The notes beneath the pieces were generated by a model. That model was given only the letters and a program-made list of their open reading frames with translations, was not told the origin of the DNA and searched no databases. The position numbers were made by a program, and so were the translations under genes. 48,971 nucleotides of DNA from Syntrophomonadaceae bacterium (GTDB lineage Bacteria; Bacillota; Syntrophomonadia; Syntrophomonadales; Syntrophomonadaceae), in contig JAHDSE010000084.1 in assembly GCA_018432955.1 (NCBI GenBank), forward strand, positions 1 through 48,971. Direction: 5' to 3'. Below are positions 37,544 through 48,600 of this stretch, piece by piece (the stretch's first letter is position 1; every line of letters begins with the position of its first letter).

Positions 37544-37810
37544 TATTCCACCTCCGTATTATTTTCTATACTACAATATAGACCGAAAATCCTTTATTTA
37601 TAATCAGATATTTTCTTTTATAGAATGTATACATAATTAAGCATTTTGCACAATTGCTATTATCATATCATCAGGCAAAAGAGCCAGACCTGCATATCGG
37701 CAGACTGACCCTTTCTTGCTTTTTATAAAATTCAAGCATTATTTGTTTGCTATTCGCTCTAAAACGGACAGCAAAAACTGTACCCTTGTGTGCTTCAGTA
37801 ATATTTTAAT

Positions 37811-40456
37811 TTAATTATTAGCTAATTTGGCCTGGGCTGCAGCCAGCCTGGCTACCGGAATCCTGTAAGGGGAACAGCTAACATAATTAAGTCCCAGAAT
37901 ATGGCAGAATTCGATGGAGCTTGGTTCTCCGCCGTGCTCCCCGCAAATCCCCATGAGCATGTCTTTTTTAACTGCCCGTGCCTTTTCTACTGCCAGGCGC
38001 ATGAGGCTGCCAACGCCCTTGCGGTCCAGTACTGCAAAGGGGTTATCCTTGATAATTTTCTGTTCCAGATAAACTGGAATAAATTTTCCTTCTGCATCAT
38101 CACGACTGAATCCCAGGGTAGTCTGGGTCAGATCGTTGGTTCCAAAGGAGAAAAATTCTGCTTCTGTTGCAATCTCATCTGCTGTTAAACATGCCCGGGG
38201 TAGTTCCAGCATGGTTCCTACAGCGAAATCCAGTTCAACTCCGCTCTCTGCCTTAACTGCCTGGTATTCTTCTACAATCATGGCCTTAAGAATAGTCAAT
38301 TCCGCAAGATCCATAACCAGAGGGATTTCGATTTCCGCAAAATTATCCACGCCCTCAGTCTTCAGCATAGTCATGGCTTCAAAAACAGCCCTGGCCTGCA
38401 TCCGATATATTTCCGGGAAAGTCAGACCCAGGCGACACCCTCGGTGTCCCAGCATAGGATTGGCTTCCGAAAGACTATGTATTTTTTTCAGCAGTTCTTC
38501 CTTCTCAATTATCAGTTTTTCATCAGACTTGTTGTTCTTCATTTCAATTATTTCTACCAGCAAAGACTCGCGATCAGGCAGGAATTCATGCAGTGGCGGA
38601 TCCAATAAACGTATGGTCACCGGATAAGGAGCCATAGCCTTTAAAATCCCGTAAAAATCTTCTCTCTGAAAAGGCAATAATTTGCTCAGGGCAATTTCTC
38701 TGGCAGGCAAATTCTCAGCCAGAATCATCTCCTGTACTATAGGCAAACGTTCAGCAGCCATAAACATGTGCTCTGTACGGCACAGTCCAATTCCTTCAGC
38801 GCCAAATTCTCTGGCTTTGGCCGCATCCTCAGGAGTATCGGCATTAGCTCTGACTGCCAGGCTCTTGTGCTTGTTAGCCCACTGGAGAAGAGTCTCAAAT
38901 TCATCCGACAATGTGGGTTCAATCATGGGTACTTCTCCCAGCATGACATCACCATTCGCACCGTTTATACTGATGATATCTCCTTCATTGACTACAATTC
39001 CATTTACCTGAAAATTCCTGCTGTCAGCATCTATTCTAATAGCCTCACAACCGCAGACACAGGGCCTTCCCATTCCACGCGCCACTACTGCGGCATGGGA
39101 AGTCATCCCTCCGCGTGAGGTTAATACTCCTTCTGCATATACAATACCGTGAATATCATCTGGAGTCGTCTCACTCCTTACCAATATTACCTTTTCCCCG
39201 GCTTCTCCCATTCTCTCTGCCAGATCAGCATCAAATACAACCTTCCCGGAAGCAGCCCCTGGTGAAGCAGGAAGCCCTATGGCTATTGCTTCCATTTCAA
39301 CACTGCTGTCAATCTGCCGGTGGAGAAGCTGATGAAGTTGTTCTGCATCCACCCTCTTGAGTGCTTCTTCAATGGATATCAAGCCTTCATTAACCATATC
39401 CACAGCAACTTTGACGGCAGCTCTCGCGGTACGTTTTCCATTCCTGGTCTGCAGCATATACAGTTTTCCTCTTTCAACCGTGAATTCTATGTCCTGCAGA
39501 TCACGATAGTGACTTTCAAGCTTCTGGCATGTGTCAATAAACTGATCATATACTCCTGATAATTCATCCTTTAATCTGGAAATTGCAATCGGAGTTCTGA
39601 TACCGGCAACAACATCTTCTCCCTGAGCATTTACCAGAAATTCTCCGTATAGTTCTTTTTGCCCGGTTGAAGGGTTACGGGTAAAAGCCACACCGGTTCC
39701 ACAATCATTACCCATGTTCCCAAAGGCCATACATTGAATATTTACTGCTGTTCCCAGGTTTTCATCGATCTTGTTGATACGCCTGTAGACTATGGCCCGC
39801 TGATTGTTCCATGAATCAAAAACCGCCTTGATAGCCAGTGTTAATTGTTCTTTAACATCCTGGGGAAAACTGAAATTCTTTTTCTCTCTTACCAGGTCCT
39901 TTTGCTCCTCAATCATTAATTTGAGCTCTTCGGCCGGTATCTCATAATCAAATATGACAGACAGCTTTCTTTTATATTTTTCTACAATTTCATCAAAAAC
40001 TCCATGCTCCATCTCCAGAACCACATTACTGAACATTTGAATAAATCTACGGTAACAATCATAGGCAAACCTTTCATCACCTGTCAGTACAGCCAGTCCC
40101 TGGACAGACTCATCATTAAGGCCAAGATTCAGTATGGTATCCATCATACCCGGCATAGATACTGCTGCTCCCGACCTGACTGAAACCAGCAGTGGATTAT
40201 TTTTGTCCCCAAAAGCCTTGCCGGTTTTATTCTCAAGTATCTTAAGCGCCTGCAAAATATCTTCCAGTATATTATCAAAAAAGTCCTCATTTGAAGCCAG
40301 GTAATTATTACAGGCCTCGCTGCTTATTGTGAAGCCAGGAGGAACCGGCAACCCAATCCGGGTCATTTCGGCCAGATTAGCACCCTTGCCTCCCAGAAGC
40401 ATACGCATATCTGAGCTGCCCTCTTCGAACAAATAGATAAACTTCTTTTTAGACAT
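37811..40456 (-). CDS. ppdK: Pyruvate, phosphate dikinase
   Basis: Phospho-histidine motif GGMTSHAAVVARG, a PEP-utilising C-terminal domain (NDLTQ, GICGE), and 881 aa. Confidence 0.96.
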   Translation of the reverse strand: MSKKKFIYLFEEGSSDMRMLLGGKGANLAEMTRIGLPVPPGFTISSEACNNYLASNEDFFDNILEDILQALKILENKTGKAFGDKNNPLLVSVRSGAAVSMPGMMDTILNLGLNDESVQGLAVLTGDERFAYDCYRRFIQMFSNVVLEMEHGVFDEIVEKYKRKLSVIFDYEIPAEELKLMIEEQKDLVREKKNFSFPQDVKEQLTLAIKAVFDSWNNQRAIVYRRINKIDENLGTAVNIQCMAFGNMGNDCGTGVAFTRNPSTGQKELYGEFLVNAQGEDVVAGIRTPIAISRLKDELSGVYDQFIDTCQKLESHYRDLQDIEFTVERGKLYMLQTRNGKRTARAAVKVAVDMVNEGLISIEEALKRVDAEQLHQLLHRQIDSSVEMEAIAIGLPASPGAASGKVVFDADLAERMGEAGEKVILVRSETTPDDIHGIVYAEGVLTSRGGMTSHAAVVARGMGRPCVCGCEAIRIDADSRNFQVNGIVVNEGDIISINGANGDVMLGEVPMIEPTLSDEFETLLQWANKHKSLAVRANADTPEDAAKAREFGAEGIGLCRTEHMFMAAERLPIVQEMILAENLPAREIALSKLLPFQREDFYGILKAMAPYPVTIRLLDPPLHEFLPDRESLLVEIIEMKNNKSDEKLIIEKEELLKKIHSLSEANPMLGHRGCRLGLTFPEIYRMQARAVFEAMTMLKTEGVDNFAEIEIPLVMDLAELTILKAMIVEEYQAVKAESGVELDFAVGTMLELPRACLTADEIATEAEFFSFGTNDLTQTTLGFSRDDAEGKFIPVYLEQKIIKDNPFAVLDRKGVGSLMRLAVEKARAVKKDMLMGICGEHGGEPSSIEFCHILGLNYVSCSPYRIPVARLAAAQAKLANN

Positions 40457-41285
40457 TGCTTAACCTCCTATAATATATCTCCAATATCTTGCTGGCGGTT
40501 TCCTCAACCGCCCGGTTCGTTACATTTATCACCGGGCAGCCGAGCTTCCTGATTACGTTGTTAGCAAATTCAAGCTCTTCCAGAATACGCTCAGGGTTAG
40601 CGTAGCTGGCCTGTCCTTTCAATCCCAGGCTTTTCAGTCTTTCCATACGTATATGATTCAATGGTTCCGGTTCAATAGTAAGAGCTACAACTTTGCCTTT
40701 TTCAGCAGCAAATAATTCATCAGGAAGCGATACTTCAGGAACCAGCGGCACATTGGCCACTTTGATGCGCTTATGTGCCAGGTACATGGAAAGTGGTGTT
40801 TTCGAGGTACGGGATACACCCACAAGTACTATGTCAGCCAGGTTAATTCCCCGGGGATCTTTTCCATCATCGTAGCGAACGGCAAATTCTACCGCCTCAA
40901 TCCGCCGGTAATACATTTCATCCACCTTACGTAAGAGGCCTGGCTCCCTCCTGGGTTCAATATCACTGATACTTTTGAAAGCATTCATTAAAGGCCCCAG
41001 GATATCAACACAGGATACTCCCGCCCTGTCAGCCTCTGTCCTCAAGTATTCTGCCAGGCCACTGATAACCAGGGTATAGGCAATTAAAAAATTCTTTTCT
41101 GCTGCTTGATGCACTATTTCGTCCAGGGTATCGGTATCAGAAATATTGGGTATCCGCCTGATCTCCATATTACCAGAGTTAAACTGGCTTGCAGCAGCGC
41201 GCACCACCATTTCAGCAGTCTCGCCTATGGAATCCGAAACAATAAAAACTCCAGGTAAATGCTTTGTCAAAACCGCAACCTCCAA
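40449..41285 (-). CDS. Pyruvate, phosphate dikinase regulatory protein (bifunctional kinase/pyrophosphorylase, DUF299/YqfL)
   Basis: P-loop GVSRTSKTP and the typical length of about 270 aa. It overlaps ppdK by 8 nt. Confidence 0.9.
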   Translation of the reverse strand: MEVAVLTKHLPGVFIVSDSIGETAEMVVRAAASQFNSGNMEIRRIPNISDTDTLDEIVHQAAEKNFLIAYTLVISGLAEYLRTEADRAGVSCVDILGPLMNAFKSISDIEPRREPGLLRKVDEMYYRRIEAVEFAVRYDDGKDPRGINLADIVLVGVSRTSKTPLSMYLAHKRIKVANVPLVPEVSLPDELFAAEKGKVVALTIEPEPLNHIRMERLKSLGLKGQASYANPERILEELEFANNVIRKLGCPVINVTNRAVEETASKILEIYYRRLSNV

Positions 41286-41322
41286 TTCATGAATTGCTTA
41301 AACAGCAATTATTAACATGCTT

Positions 41323-41976
41323 CTATTTATTGTCATCCGCCAGATCCAGAAATAATCTGGCAATGTTGGTTTTGGAAACCTTGCCTACTACCTCATATTT
41401 TTCCTCTCCTGTTTCATCAATATAGCATTTGACTACCGGGACGCTGTCGATCTCATGTTCGACGATCTTCTTAACTACCTCAACAACTGTATCATCCAGA
41501 TTGGCAGTAATAATATTGGGCATACGAGTCATAATGACACTCACCGGCATTTTGTGTATATCTGCCTGACCCAGGGTCGTTTTTAAAAAATCCTTGCGCG
41601 AAACTATCCCTACCAGAAATTTTTCTTGGTCAACTATAAATATACTGCCTGTGTCCTCGACAAATAAAGTGACAATAGCATCATAAATACTGCTGTTTTC
41701 TCTTAAGACCACCGGCATGGATTGCAGGTCTTTAACCCTGTACTGTTTAAGCATTCTCTTGATTTCATTGTTTACGCCTTCATTTTTAAACGTATAACCC
41801 ACCCTGGGTTTGGCTTCCAGAAAACCCGACATGGTCAATACAGCCAGATCTGGTCTTAGCGCAGCCCTGGTTACGTTAAGAATTTCGGCAATACTTTCCC
41901 CGGTTATAGGCTCCATTTTCTTGACTATTTCCAGAATTTTTTCTTGCCTTTCATTCAGCTCGATCATATTCACCAT
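41323..41976 (-). CDS. ccpN: CcpN-type transcriptional repressor (HTH plus two CBS domains)
   Basis: IELNERQEKILEIVKKMEPITGESIAEILNVTRAALRPDLAVLTMSGFLEAKPRVGY is closely collinear with Bacillus CcpN. The true start could be the ATG at 41967. Confidence 0.9.
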   Translation of the reverse strand: MVNMIELNERQEKILEIVKKMEPITGESIAEILNVTRAALRPDLAVLTMSGFLEAKPRVGYTFKNEGVNNEIKRMLKQYRVKDLQSMPVVLRENSSIYDAIVTLFVEDTGSIFIVDQEKFLVGIVSRKDFLKTTLGQADIHKMPVSVIMTRMPNIITANLDDTVVEVVKKIVEHEIDSVPVVKCYIDETGEEKYEVVGKVSKTNIARLFLDLADDNK

Positions 41977-42077
41977 CCAATTATGCTATACTTTTTAACT
42001 TAAATCACACTAATTATATATACTATATATATTAAAAAAATCCTGTATACAATAAAAAAAATCTTTAAAAAATTTTT

Positions 42078-44180
42078 TTATTGTACTATTTTACCGAAAT
42101 CGCCTATTGTATGACATAAATTGGCAATGGATTTTAATATCCCCAGACGAGCCGCCTTTAATTGTTCATCATCAACCATTACCATTACTGCCTCAAAGAA
42201 AACATCCAAATCAGGCCGGAGAATGGATATCTTCTGGAGAGCAGCATAATAGTCATTTTCTATTATCGCTTGTTTCACCTCGTCTTTTATAGAAGAAAAG
42301 CTGTCATACAGCTTCTTCTCACTTTCATCAATCAGGAATTCCTCTATCACGTTTTCCTCAGACCAGTTCCTGGACAAATTATGGGAACGGTTGTAAACCG
42401 TCATGAAATCATCAAAATACTCCGATTGTCTAAAATCCCGAATACTATTTGCCTTTTTAAAGATATTGTTGAGGTCGTAGTCTGTCAGCATAGTAACGGT
42501 ATCAATTACATCATATGAGAGTCCCCGGTCCAGAAGAACTCCTCTCATCCTCTGCATAATGAAATCCATTACTTCAGCTACAATGTCTCCCTTGCTGCTG
42601 TCCGGCTCAATGCTCTCAAAGTTCTCATAAGCTTTTTCCAGTGTTTTATCAAGGTGAATATTCAGCTTCTTATCCAATATGATATTTACAATTCCCAGGG
42701 TCTGCCTCCTCAAGGCGTAAGGGTCCTGGGAACCGGTAGGCTTTATTCCAATTGAAAAAGAACCCACCAGGTTATCTATTTTTTCTGCCAGGCTAAGAAC
42801 CATACCAGTTTCACTGGCAGGTATATGGTCCCCTGCAAACCTGGGCAGATAGTGTTCATAAATGGCTTCGCAGACCTCCTGGTCTTCACCACTGTGCAGG
42901 GCGTAGTATCGGCCCATAATACCCTGGAGCTCAGGAAATTCATAGACCATATTGCTGAGCAAATCAGCCTTGCAGAGTTTTGCTGCCCTCTGCAATTTTT
43001 CTTCAGTACTCAGCCCGCTTTCTTCAGCAATAAACCGGGATAGCTTCTCCAGTCTTTCCACTTTGTCCATAATAGAACCCAGGCGTTCATGGAATAGAAC
43101 ATTTTTGAGGCCGGGAACCATTTCTTTTAGGGGTTTTTTAATATCCTCTTTCCAGAAAAACAGGGCATCCTCCAGGCGGGCTTTTAATACTCTCTCGTTT
43201 CCTGCCTTTACCAGTTCCAGGCAATAATCCGTGCCATTCCTGACTCCAATGAATACGGGCAACAATTTACCCTCTTGATCAAAGACCGGGAAATATCTCT
43301 GGTGTTCAATCATGGAAGTGGTCAGGACCTCCTGAGGCACGTCCAGATAGGAAGCAGAAAACTCTCCATAAAACGCAGTTGGGTATTCCAAAAGATAAGT
43401 TACCTCTTCCAGGAGTTCTTCGTTTTCCATGGGAACCCCTCCAGCCTGGGCTGCCGCAAATTTCACCTGCTCCCATATCATTTTTTTTCTCTCTTTCTGG
43501 TTCAGAATTACATGGTTTTCTTCTAAAGCTTTTAGATAGCTTGTTAGATCATTCACTTCTATGGGACCTGAAGATAAAAATCGATGTCCATAAGTATATT
43601 TTGCACTTTTTACGTTCTCCAGCTCCATTTCAATACTCTCTTTCCCGTAAAAAGCCAGCAGCCACCTGAGAGGCCTGGCAAACCGGGTGTTATAATAAGC
43701 CCAGCGCATAGATTTGGGAAAAGTCAAAGTATTGATTATATCCACCAATATCCCGGCCAGCAGTTTTTTGGTTCTCTGGCCTTTTTCCTTTTTAAACGCA
43801 TAATAATATTCGACACCTGATACCTCACGGAGCTGCAGTCCCTCTTCTTCCAAGTGTTCCTGACCATGAAGCTTCCTGATATCCAGGCCCTGACTGCGGG
43901 CAAATCCCTGAAGGGCTTTAGTGGGTTTACCTTCGGCATCATAAGCAGCGCTTTTTTTGGGTCCCCGCTTTTCTATCAGGGCATCTTCCTGTTTTTCTTC
44001 CAGATTTTTAATTATCAAAGTCAAACGCCTTGGGGTACCCATTACTTGAATATCTGTGAAAGGTATTCTTTCATCGGTAAATTTTTTGGCCGCCAGATCC
44101 TGAAGATTATTCAGCACTCTGCTCATATATGCGGAAGGGATCTCTTCGACTCCGATTTCCAGCAGAAGTTCTCTTGCCAT
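42078..44180 (-). CDS. glyS: Glycine--tRNA ligase beta subunit
   Basis: 700 aa with the N-terminus LLEIGVEEIPS typical of GlyS. It follows glyQ after a 3-nt gap. Confidence 0.96.
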   Translation of the reverse strand: MARELLLEIGVEEIPSAYMSRVLNNLQDLAAKKFTDERIPFTDIQVMGTPRRLTLIIKNLEEKQEDALIEKRGPKKSAAYDAEGKPTKALQGFARSQGLDIRKLHGQEHLEEEGLQLREVSGVEYYYAFKKEKGQRTKKLLAGILVDIINTLTFPKSMRWAYYNTRFARPLRWLLAFYGKESIEMELENVKSAKYTYGHRFLSSGPIEVNDLTSYLKALEENHVILNQKERKKMIWEQVKFAAAQAGGVPMENEELLEEVTYLLEYPTAFYGEFSASYLDVPQEVLTTSMIEHQRYFPVFDQEGKLLPVFIGVRNGTDYCLELVKAGNERVLKARLEDALFFWKEDIKKPLKEMVPGLKNVLFHERLGSIMDKVERLEKLSRFIAEESGLSTEEKLQRAAKLCKADLLSNMVYEFPELQGIMGRYYALHSGEDQEVCEAIYEHYLPRFAGDHIPASETGMVLSLAEKIDNLVGSFSIGIKPTGSQDPYALRRQTLGIVNIILDKKLNIHLDKTLEKAYENFESIEPDSSKGDIVAEVMDFIMQRMRGVLLDRGLSYDVIDTVTMLTDYDLNNIFKKANSIRDFRQSEYFDDFMTVYNRSHNLSRNWSEENVIEEFLIDESEKKLYDSFSSIKDEVKQAIIENDYYAALQKISILRPDLDVFFEAVMVMVDDEQLKAARLGILKSIANLCHTIGDFGKIVQ

Positions 44181-44183
44181 CTC

Positions 44184-45092
44184 CTAAAGCACCTCCTCAT
44201 CTATAAAGCGTTTTCTTAGTTCTTCATCTTTCAACAGTGGATAGCGCAGTCTCTTTCTCTGTTCCAGGTATTCCCCGGCCACCAGACGGGCCAGATTACG
44301 TACTCTGGCTATATAACCCGTACGCTCAGTAACACTGATGGCTCCCCGGGCATCCAGAAGATTGAAAAGATGAGAACACTTGAGTACATAATCATAGGCC
44401 GGTTGAGGCCGGTGCTTTTCGGCAATATTTATAGCTTCTTTTTCACAAATATTGAACATCGTGGTTAAAGCAGCTGTATCAGCCAGTTCAAAATTATAAT
44501 GAGAATAGTCCACTTCGCTTTGATGATGGACATCACCATAACTAATACCATCTACCCATTCAATATCAAATACGCTTTCTTTATTTTGTATATACATGGC
44601 TATTCGCTCTATTCCATAAGTAATCTCCGCACAGACGGGTACACAATCAATCCCCCCGCACTGCTGGAAATAGGTGAACTGGGTTATCTCCATGCCATCC
44701 AGCCATATTTCCCAACCCAGACCCCAGGCACCCAGTGTCGGCGATTCCCAGTTGTCCTCAACCAGCCTGATATCATGTTGTCCCGGATCAATACCCAGAT
44801 ATTTCAAGCTTTCCAAATAGAGTTCTATGACATCGTCAGGCGATGGTTTCAGGATAACCTGGTACTGATAATAATGCTGTAAGCGGTTGGGGTTTTCTCC
44901 ATACCTCCCATCCGTGGGACGGCGGGAAGGTTCAACATAAGCTACATTCCAGGGTTCAGGCCCCAGTACTCGCAAAAAAGTAGCCGGGTTCATGGTTCCG
45001 GCACCCTTTTCCACATCATAAGGCTGTTGTAAAATACATCCTCGTTCAGCCCAGAAATTTTGCAGACGCAGGATTATTTCCTGAAAATTCAT
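44184..45092 (-). CDS. glyQ: Glycine--tRNA ligase alpha subunit
   Basis: [19 protein letters not shown]...[23 protein letters not shown] is the highly conserved GlyQ sequence. Confidence 0.97.
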   Translation of the reverse strand: MNFQEIILRLQNFWAERGCILQQPYDVEKGAGTMNPATFLRVLGPEPWNVAYVEPSRRPTDGRYGENPNRLQHYYQYQVILKPSPDDVIELYLESLKYLGIDPGQHDIRLVEDNWESPTLGAWGLGWEIWLDGMEITQFTYFQQCGGIDCVPVCAEITYGIERIAMYIQNKESVFDIEWVDGISYGDVHHQSEVDYSHYNFELADTAALTTMFNICEKEAINIAEKHRPQPAYDYVLKCSHLFNLLDARGAISVTERTGYIARVRNLARLVAGEYLEQRKRLRYPLLKDEELRKRFIDEEVL

Positions 45093-45180
45093 CTTCTCTC
45101 TTAACCTCCTTGCTCTTAATCAAGCTCAATCTTGCTCACCTGTAAGCATTTTTGCTTATTTTCAGCATAGATTCAATAAA

Positions 45181-45375
45181 TAAAAAAACCCGTCTCCCAT
45201 GACAGGGACGGGTCTACCCGCGGTTCCACCCTGATTGGCCTGATGGCCCACCTCACAGAATTCAGGTTTTACTGACCAGAATGGCGTTCTTCCTGACAAC
45301 TCCAAAGCGCCTTCAAAAAGGTATCTCTGCCAGGTTTCCACCCCCCCTGGCTCTCTGAAGAGTTAACTCTTTTCT
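45181..45375 (-). promoter_or_regulatory. Glycine-specific T-box riboswitch leader of glyQS
   Basis: Minus strand carries Stem I with AGAGA and GGUGGAAA elements and a specifier region UGAA-GGC-G (Gly codon). The T-box sequence AAUCAGGGUGGAACCGCGGG lies at 45236-45217. It is followed by the terminator GACCCGUCCCUGUCAUGGGAGACGGGU and seven U. Confidence 0.88.
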
Positions 45376-45634
45376 ACTACTCTTTTTCATCATTGGAAAA
45401 CTTATTTATATTTTCAAAAATCCATAAATATTTTACCAGCAGCACTGATGCTTGTCAATCAAACCCTTATCTCCCGCAGGAAAATGTATTTAATGAGAAG
45501 CTTCCCCATGGCTATATATTTCCAATTAAGTTCTGGCAACGAATTCCACGAACCTCTTGCCCACCCTGAAAAAGGCTTTCCATTTCCACCAAGAGTCCGT
45601 ATTCATGCTCAAGTGTTTTCTTCTATCCCGGTTT

Positions 45635-48600
45635 TCATACCGAAACCGCCTCATCTGTATGGAAAAAATAAATATAACTTTCTTTTACCTTTAAGCCCTT
45701 TATCTTCTCCAGGGCATTTTTATACAAATTCAATTGTATACGGTATTGGGCAATCAGCTCTTCCCGGTTTTCAGGGCCAATACGATCTGTTTTGTAATCC
45801 AGGAGAACCAGTTCATTTCCTTCCTGGAAACAAAGATCGATAACTCCCTGAACCAGTAGTTCTTCACTGCTCTGACCCAGGCCCGGGAGCAATTCCCCTG
45901 CCCTCTGAACTACATTGAAAGGCAGTTCCCTGAAAACCTTTTCTGCCTGTAAAAGCCTTTGTCCTATTGCGGAATTGAAAAATACAAGGATTTTAAGCAG
46001 AGGCAGTGTTTTCACTTCTTCTTCAGTAAAAACTTCCTTTTCCAGCATCTCCTGAACCTGCCCCTGAAGCTCATCCAGGCTGTAGACCCGCTGCATATCC
46101 AGCTGTTGCATGAACAAATGCAGGATAGTCCCCCTGGCCGCTGCACTCAGTTCCTTTTTTCCCTGCAAAAAAGCCGGGACTGCTGTCAGAGCTGGTATGT
46201 TTACCCCAATACCGGCAATACCCCTGTGCTCATAATCCTTTATCTGGCTTACCGACAACTTGGACGGGATTATTACTGCATCCTGGTAGGGATATTGCCA
46301 GTTCAGCCGCCCCTCAATAAGCTCATGTTCACTTGAAACTGCTATTTTTTGCGGGGACTCCAACATCCTTCTCAATTCCTCTTCAGCTTCCTGTTTCAGT
46401 ATATTTTCCATGCTGATATCTGCCCGCTTCAGTATATCTATCTTCCATTTTGAACTATCATTCTGAATTTTCTCCTCAAACTCAGAAACACCCGCCAGTT
46501 TACGAAGTCTTTCTCCATCCTGATGAATCATAAGCACAGGCCCGATCCAATCCAGGTAATTCATAGCTTTACCCAGGTTGAGCGGATTAATGCCCCTGTT
46601 CCATTTTCTGGCATGCCCTTCTATATTTTTTAAAGAAGCTACCATAATCAACTTTTCTTTGGCCCTGGTACAGGCTACATAGAGTATCCTCATCTCCTCC
46701 GCCAGGTTTTCCAGTTTTATTGTATTCTTTATGGCCATCCGGGCAAGAGTATCGGTATGAATCCTTAGCTGGGGATCAACAAATCGCGGTCCAATTCCCA
46801 GTTCCTTGTGCAACAGCACCCTGGCACTGGTGTCAGCTTTATTAAACCTTTTTCCCATTCCTGCCAGTATTACTACGGGAAACTCCAGGCCTTTGCTTTT
46901 ATGCACGCTCATAATTCTGACCACATTATCATTTTCCCCCAGAATTCTGGCTGTCCCCATATCCCCAGTGCTGGAATTCAAGCGCTCCACGAAGTTTAAA
47001 AAGTTAAATAATCCCTTCAGCGAACTGCCCTGAAACTGCCTGGCCCGGTCAAACAATACTCTGAGATTGGCCTGTCTTTGAATCCCGCCAGGCATAGCCC
47101 CCACATAATAATAATATCCGGTTTCCATCAGCAGTTTCCAAATAAAATCATCAATGGAGAAAAAGCCAGCTTCAAGCTTCCAGGAGTTAATCTTCTCCAC
47201 AAAAGCCTGCAGACGTTGCTGGAGATCATTCTGATTCTTGTCCATATACTCCTCTACAGCCTCAAAATAGCTTTCCGCCTGGCTCTTAAGTCTAATTTCT
47301 ATCAGCTCTTCAACGCTGAAACCGCAGATCGGTGAACGCATGACACTCAAGAGGGGAATATCCTGTCTTTTGTTGTCAATCAATCTCAAGAGATTTAAAA
47401 AAATATTGACTTCTATGGCTTCAAAATAACCGCTGTTAATATCGGCATAAGCCGGTATTCCTTCTTTCAGAAAAGTATCCAGGAAAACACTGGCAGTATT
47501 GCGGGTTGCTCTCAACAATACCACTATATCCCGGTAATCAATACCCCTGAAGGATTCAAGCTCAGCATCAAAAATCTGCTGCCCCAGAAGTCCTTTAATG
47601 CGCCTGCTGAGCAAGCGGGCCTCCAGTTCTATATCATCCATTTCCTCCACTTCATTATCTATTTCCTGATCTGTCTCCTCACCCTCTTCATCGGAAAAAG
47701 AACTATCCGCATCTTTTTCCAGCAGCAAGAGCTCTACCTCGGTTCCCGCAGGCCCGGCAGATTGTCCCGCTTTACTTGTGCTCCCGCTTGTATTCCCATG
47801 AACTGCAGGCGGTTCAGGTACTCCCGGATACAAAGAAGCATTTTCATCATAGTCGATCTCTCCCAGCTCTTTGCTCATAATATTGGCGAATATATAGTTC
47901 ACTGCGTGAATAATGTTTGGACGACTGCGAAAATTGCTGCTGAGATCAATCCTTCTCCGTGTTGCCCCGTTTTCTTTCTGATAGCTGTGATATTTTTCCA
48001 TGAATATAGACGGGTCCGCCAAACGAAAGCGATAAATACTCTGCTTTACATCACCTACCAGAAAGAGATTGTTGTCTCTCCTGATAGAATTCAGGATTTT
48101 TTCCTGTACCAGGTTGCTGTCCTGGTATTCATCAAAAAAGATGTACTCAAAACGCTGCCGGTAATCCTGGGCGGCTTCATCTTCAGCCAGGATTTCCAGA
48201 GCATAATGTTCCAGATCATTAAAATCCAGCATGCCTTTTTCCATCTTTTTTTCCCGGTAAGCTGAATCAAAGGCAGCCAGCAATTCACAGAAGTATTTCA
48301 TGCAGGGATAAAGTTTATGTAAATCCTGTCTGCATTCCTCCGGGCTTTTATCCAGGCTTTTTTGTATATCCTTGATAATTCTTTTGCCTTCATCTCTTAT
48401 TGCCTTTGCTTTTTCTTTTAATTCCTCATCACATTCCGGCGAAACCCGTGGCAATCTTTTATGACGTATCCCCTGGAAACGGGAGTAAAAAGCATACAGA
48501 CCTTCTTCCAGAGAAGCAAGTAAGCCTTCTGTCATCTCCAGATCATCAATTATGGCATCCCGATACTGCAATGGGCCTCCTGGTAATTCCGTCAATTTTC

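Noticed and set aside
45448-45843. 131-aa plus-strand ORF between glyQ and addA
   Set aside because: Half of it is antisense to the addA 3' end. It has no RBS and its composition does not look like a protein.
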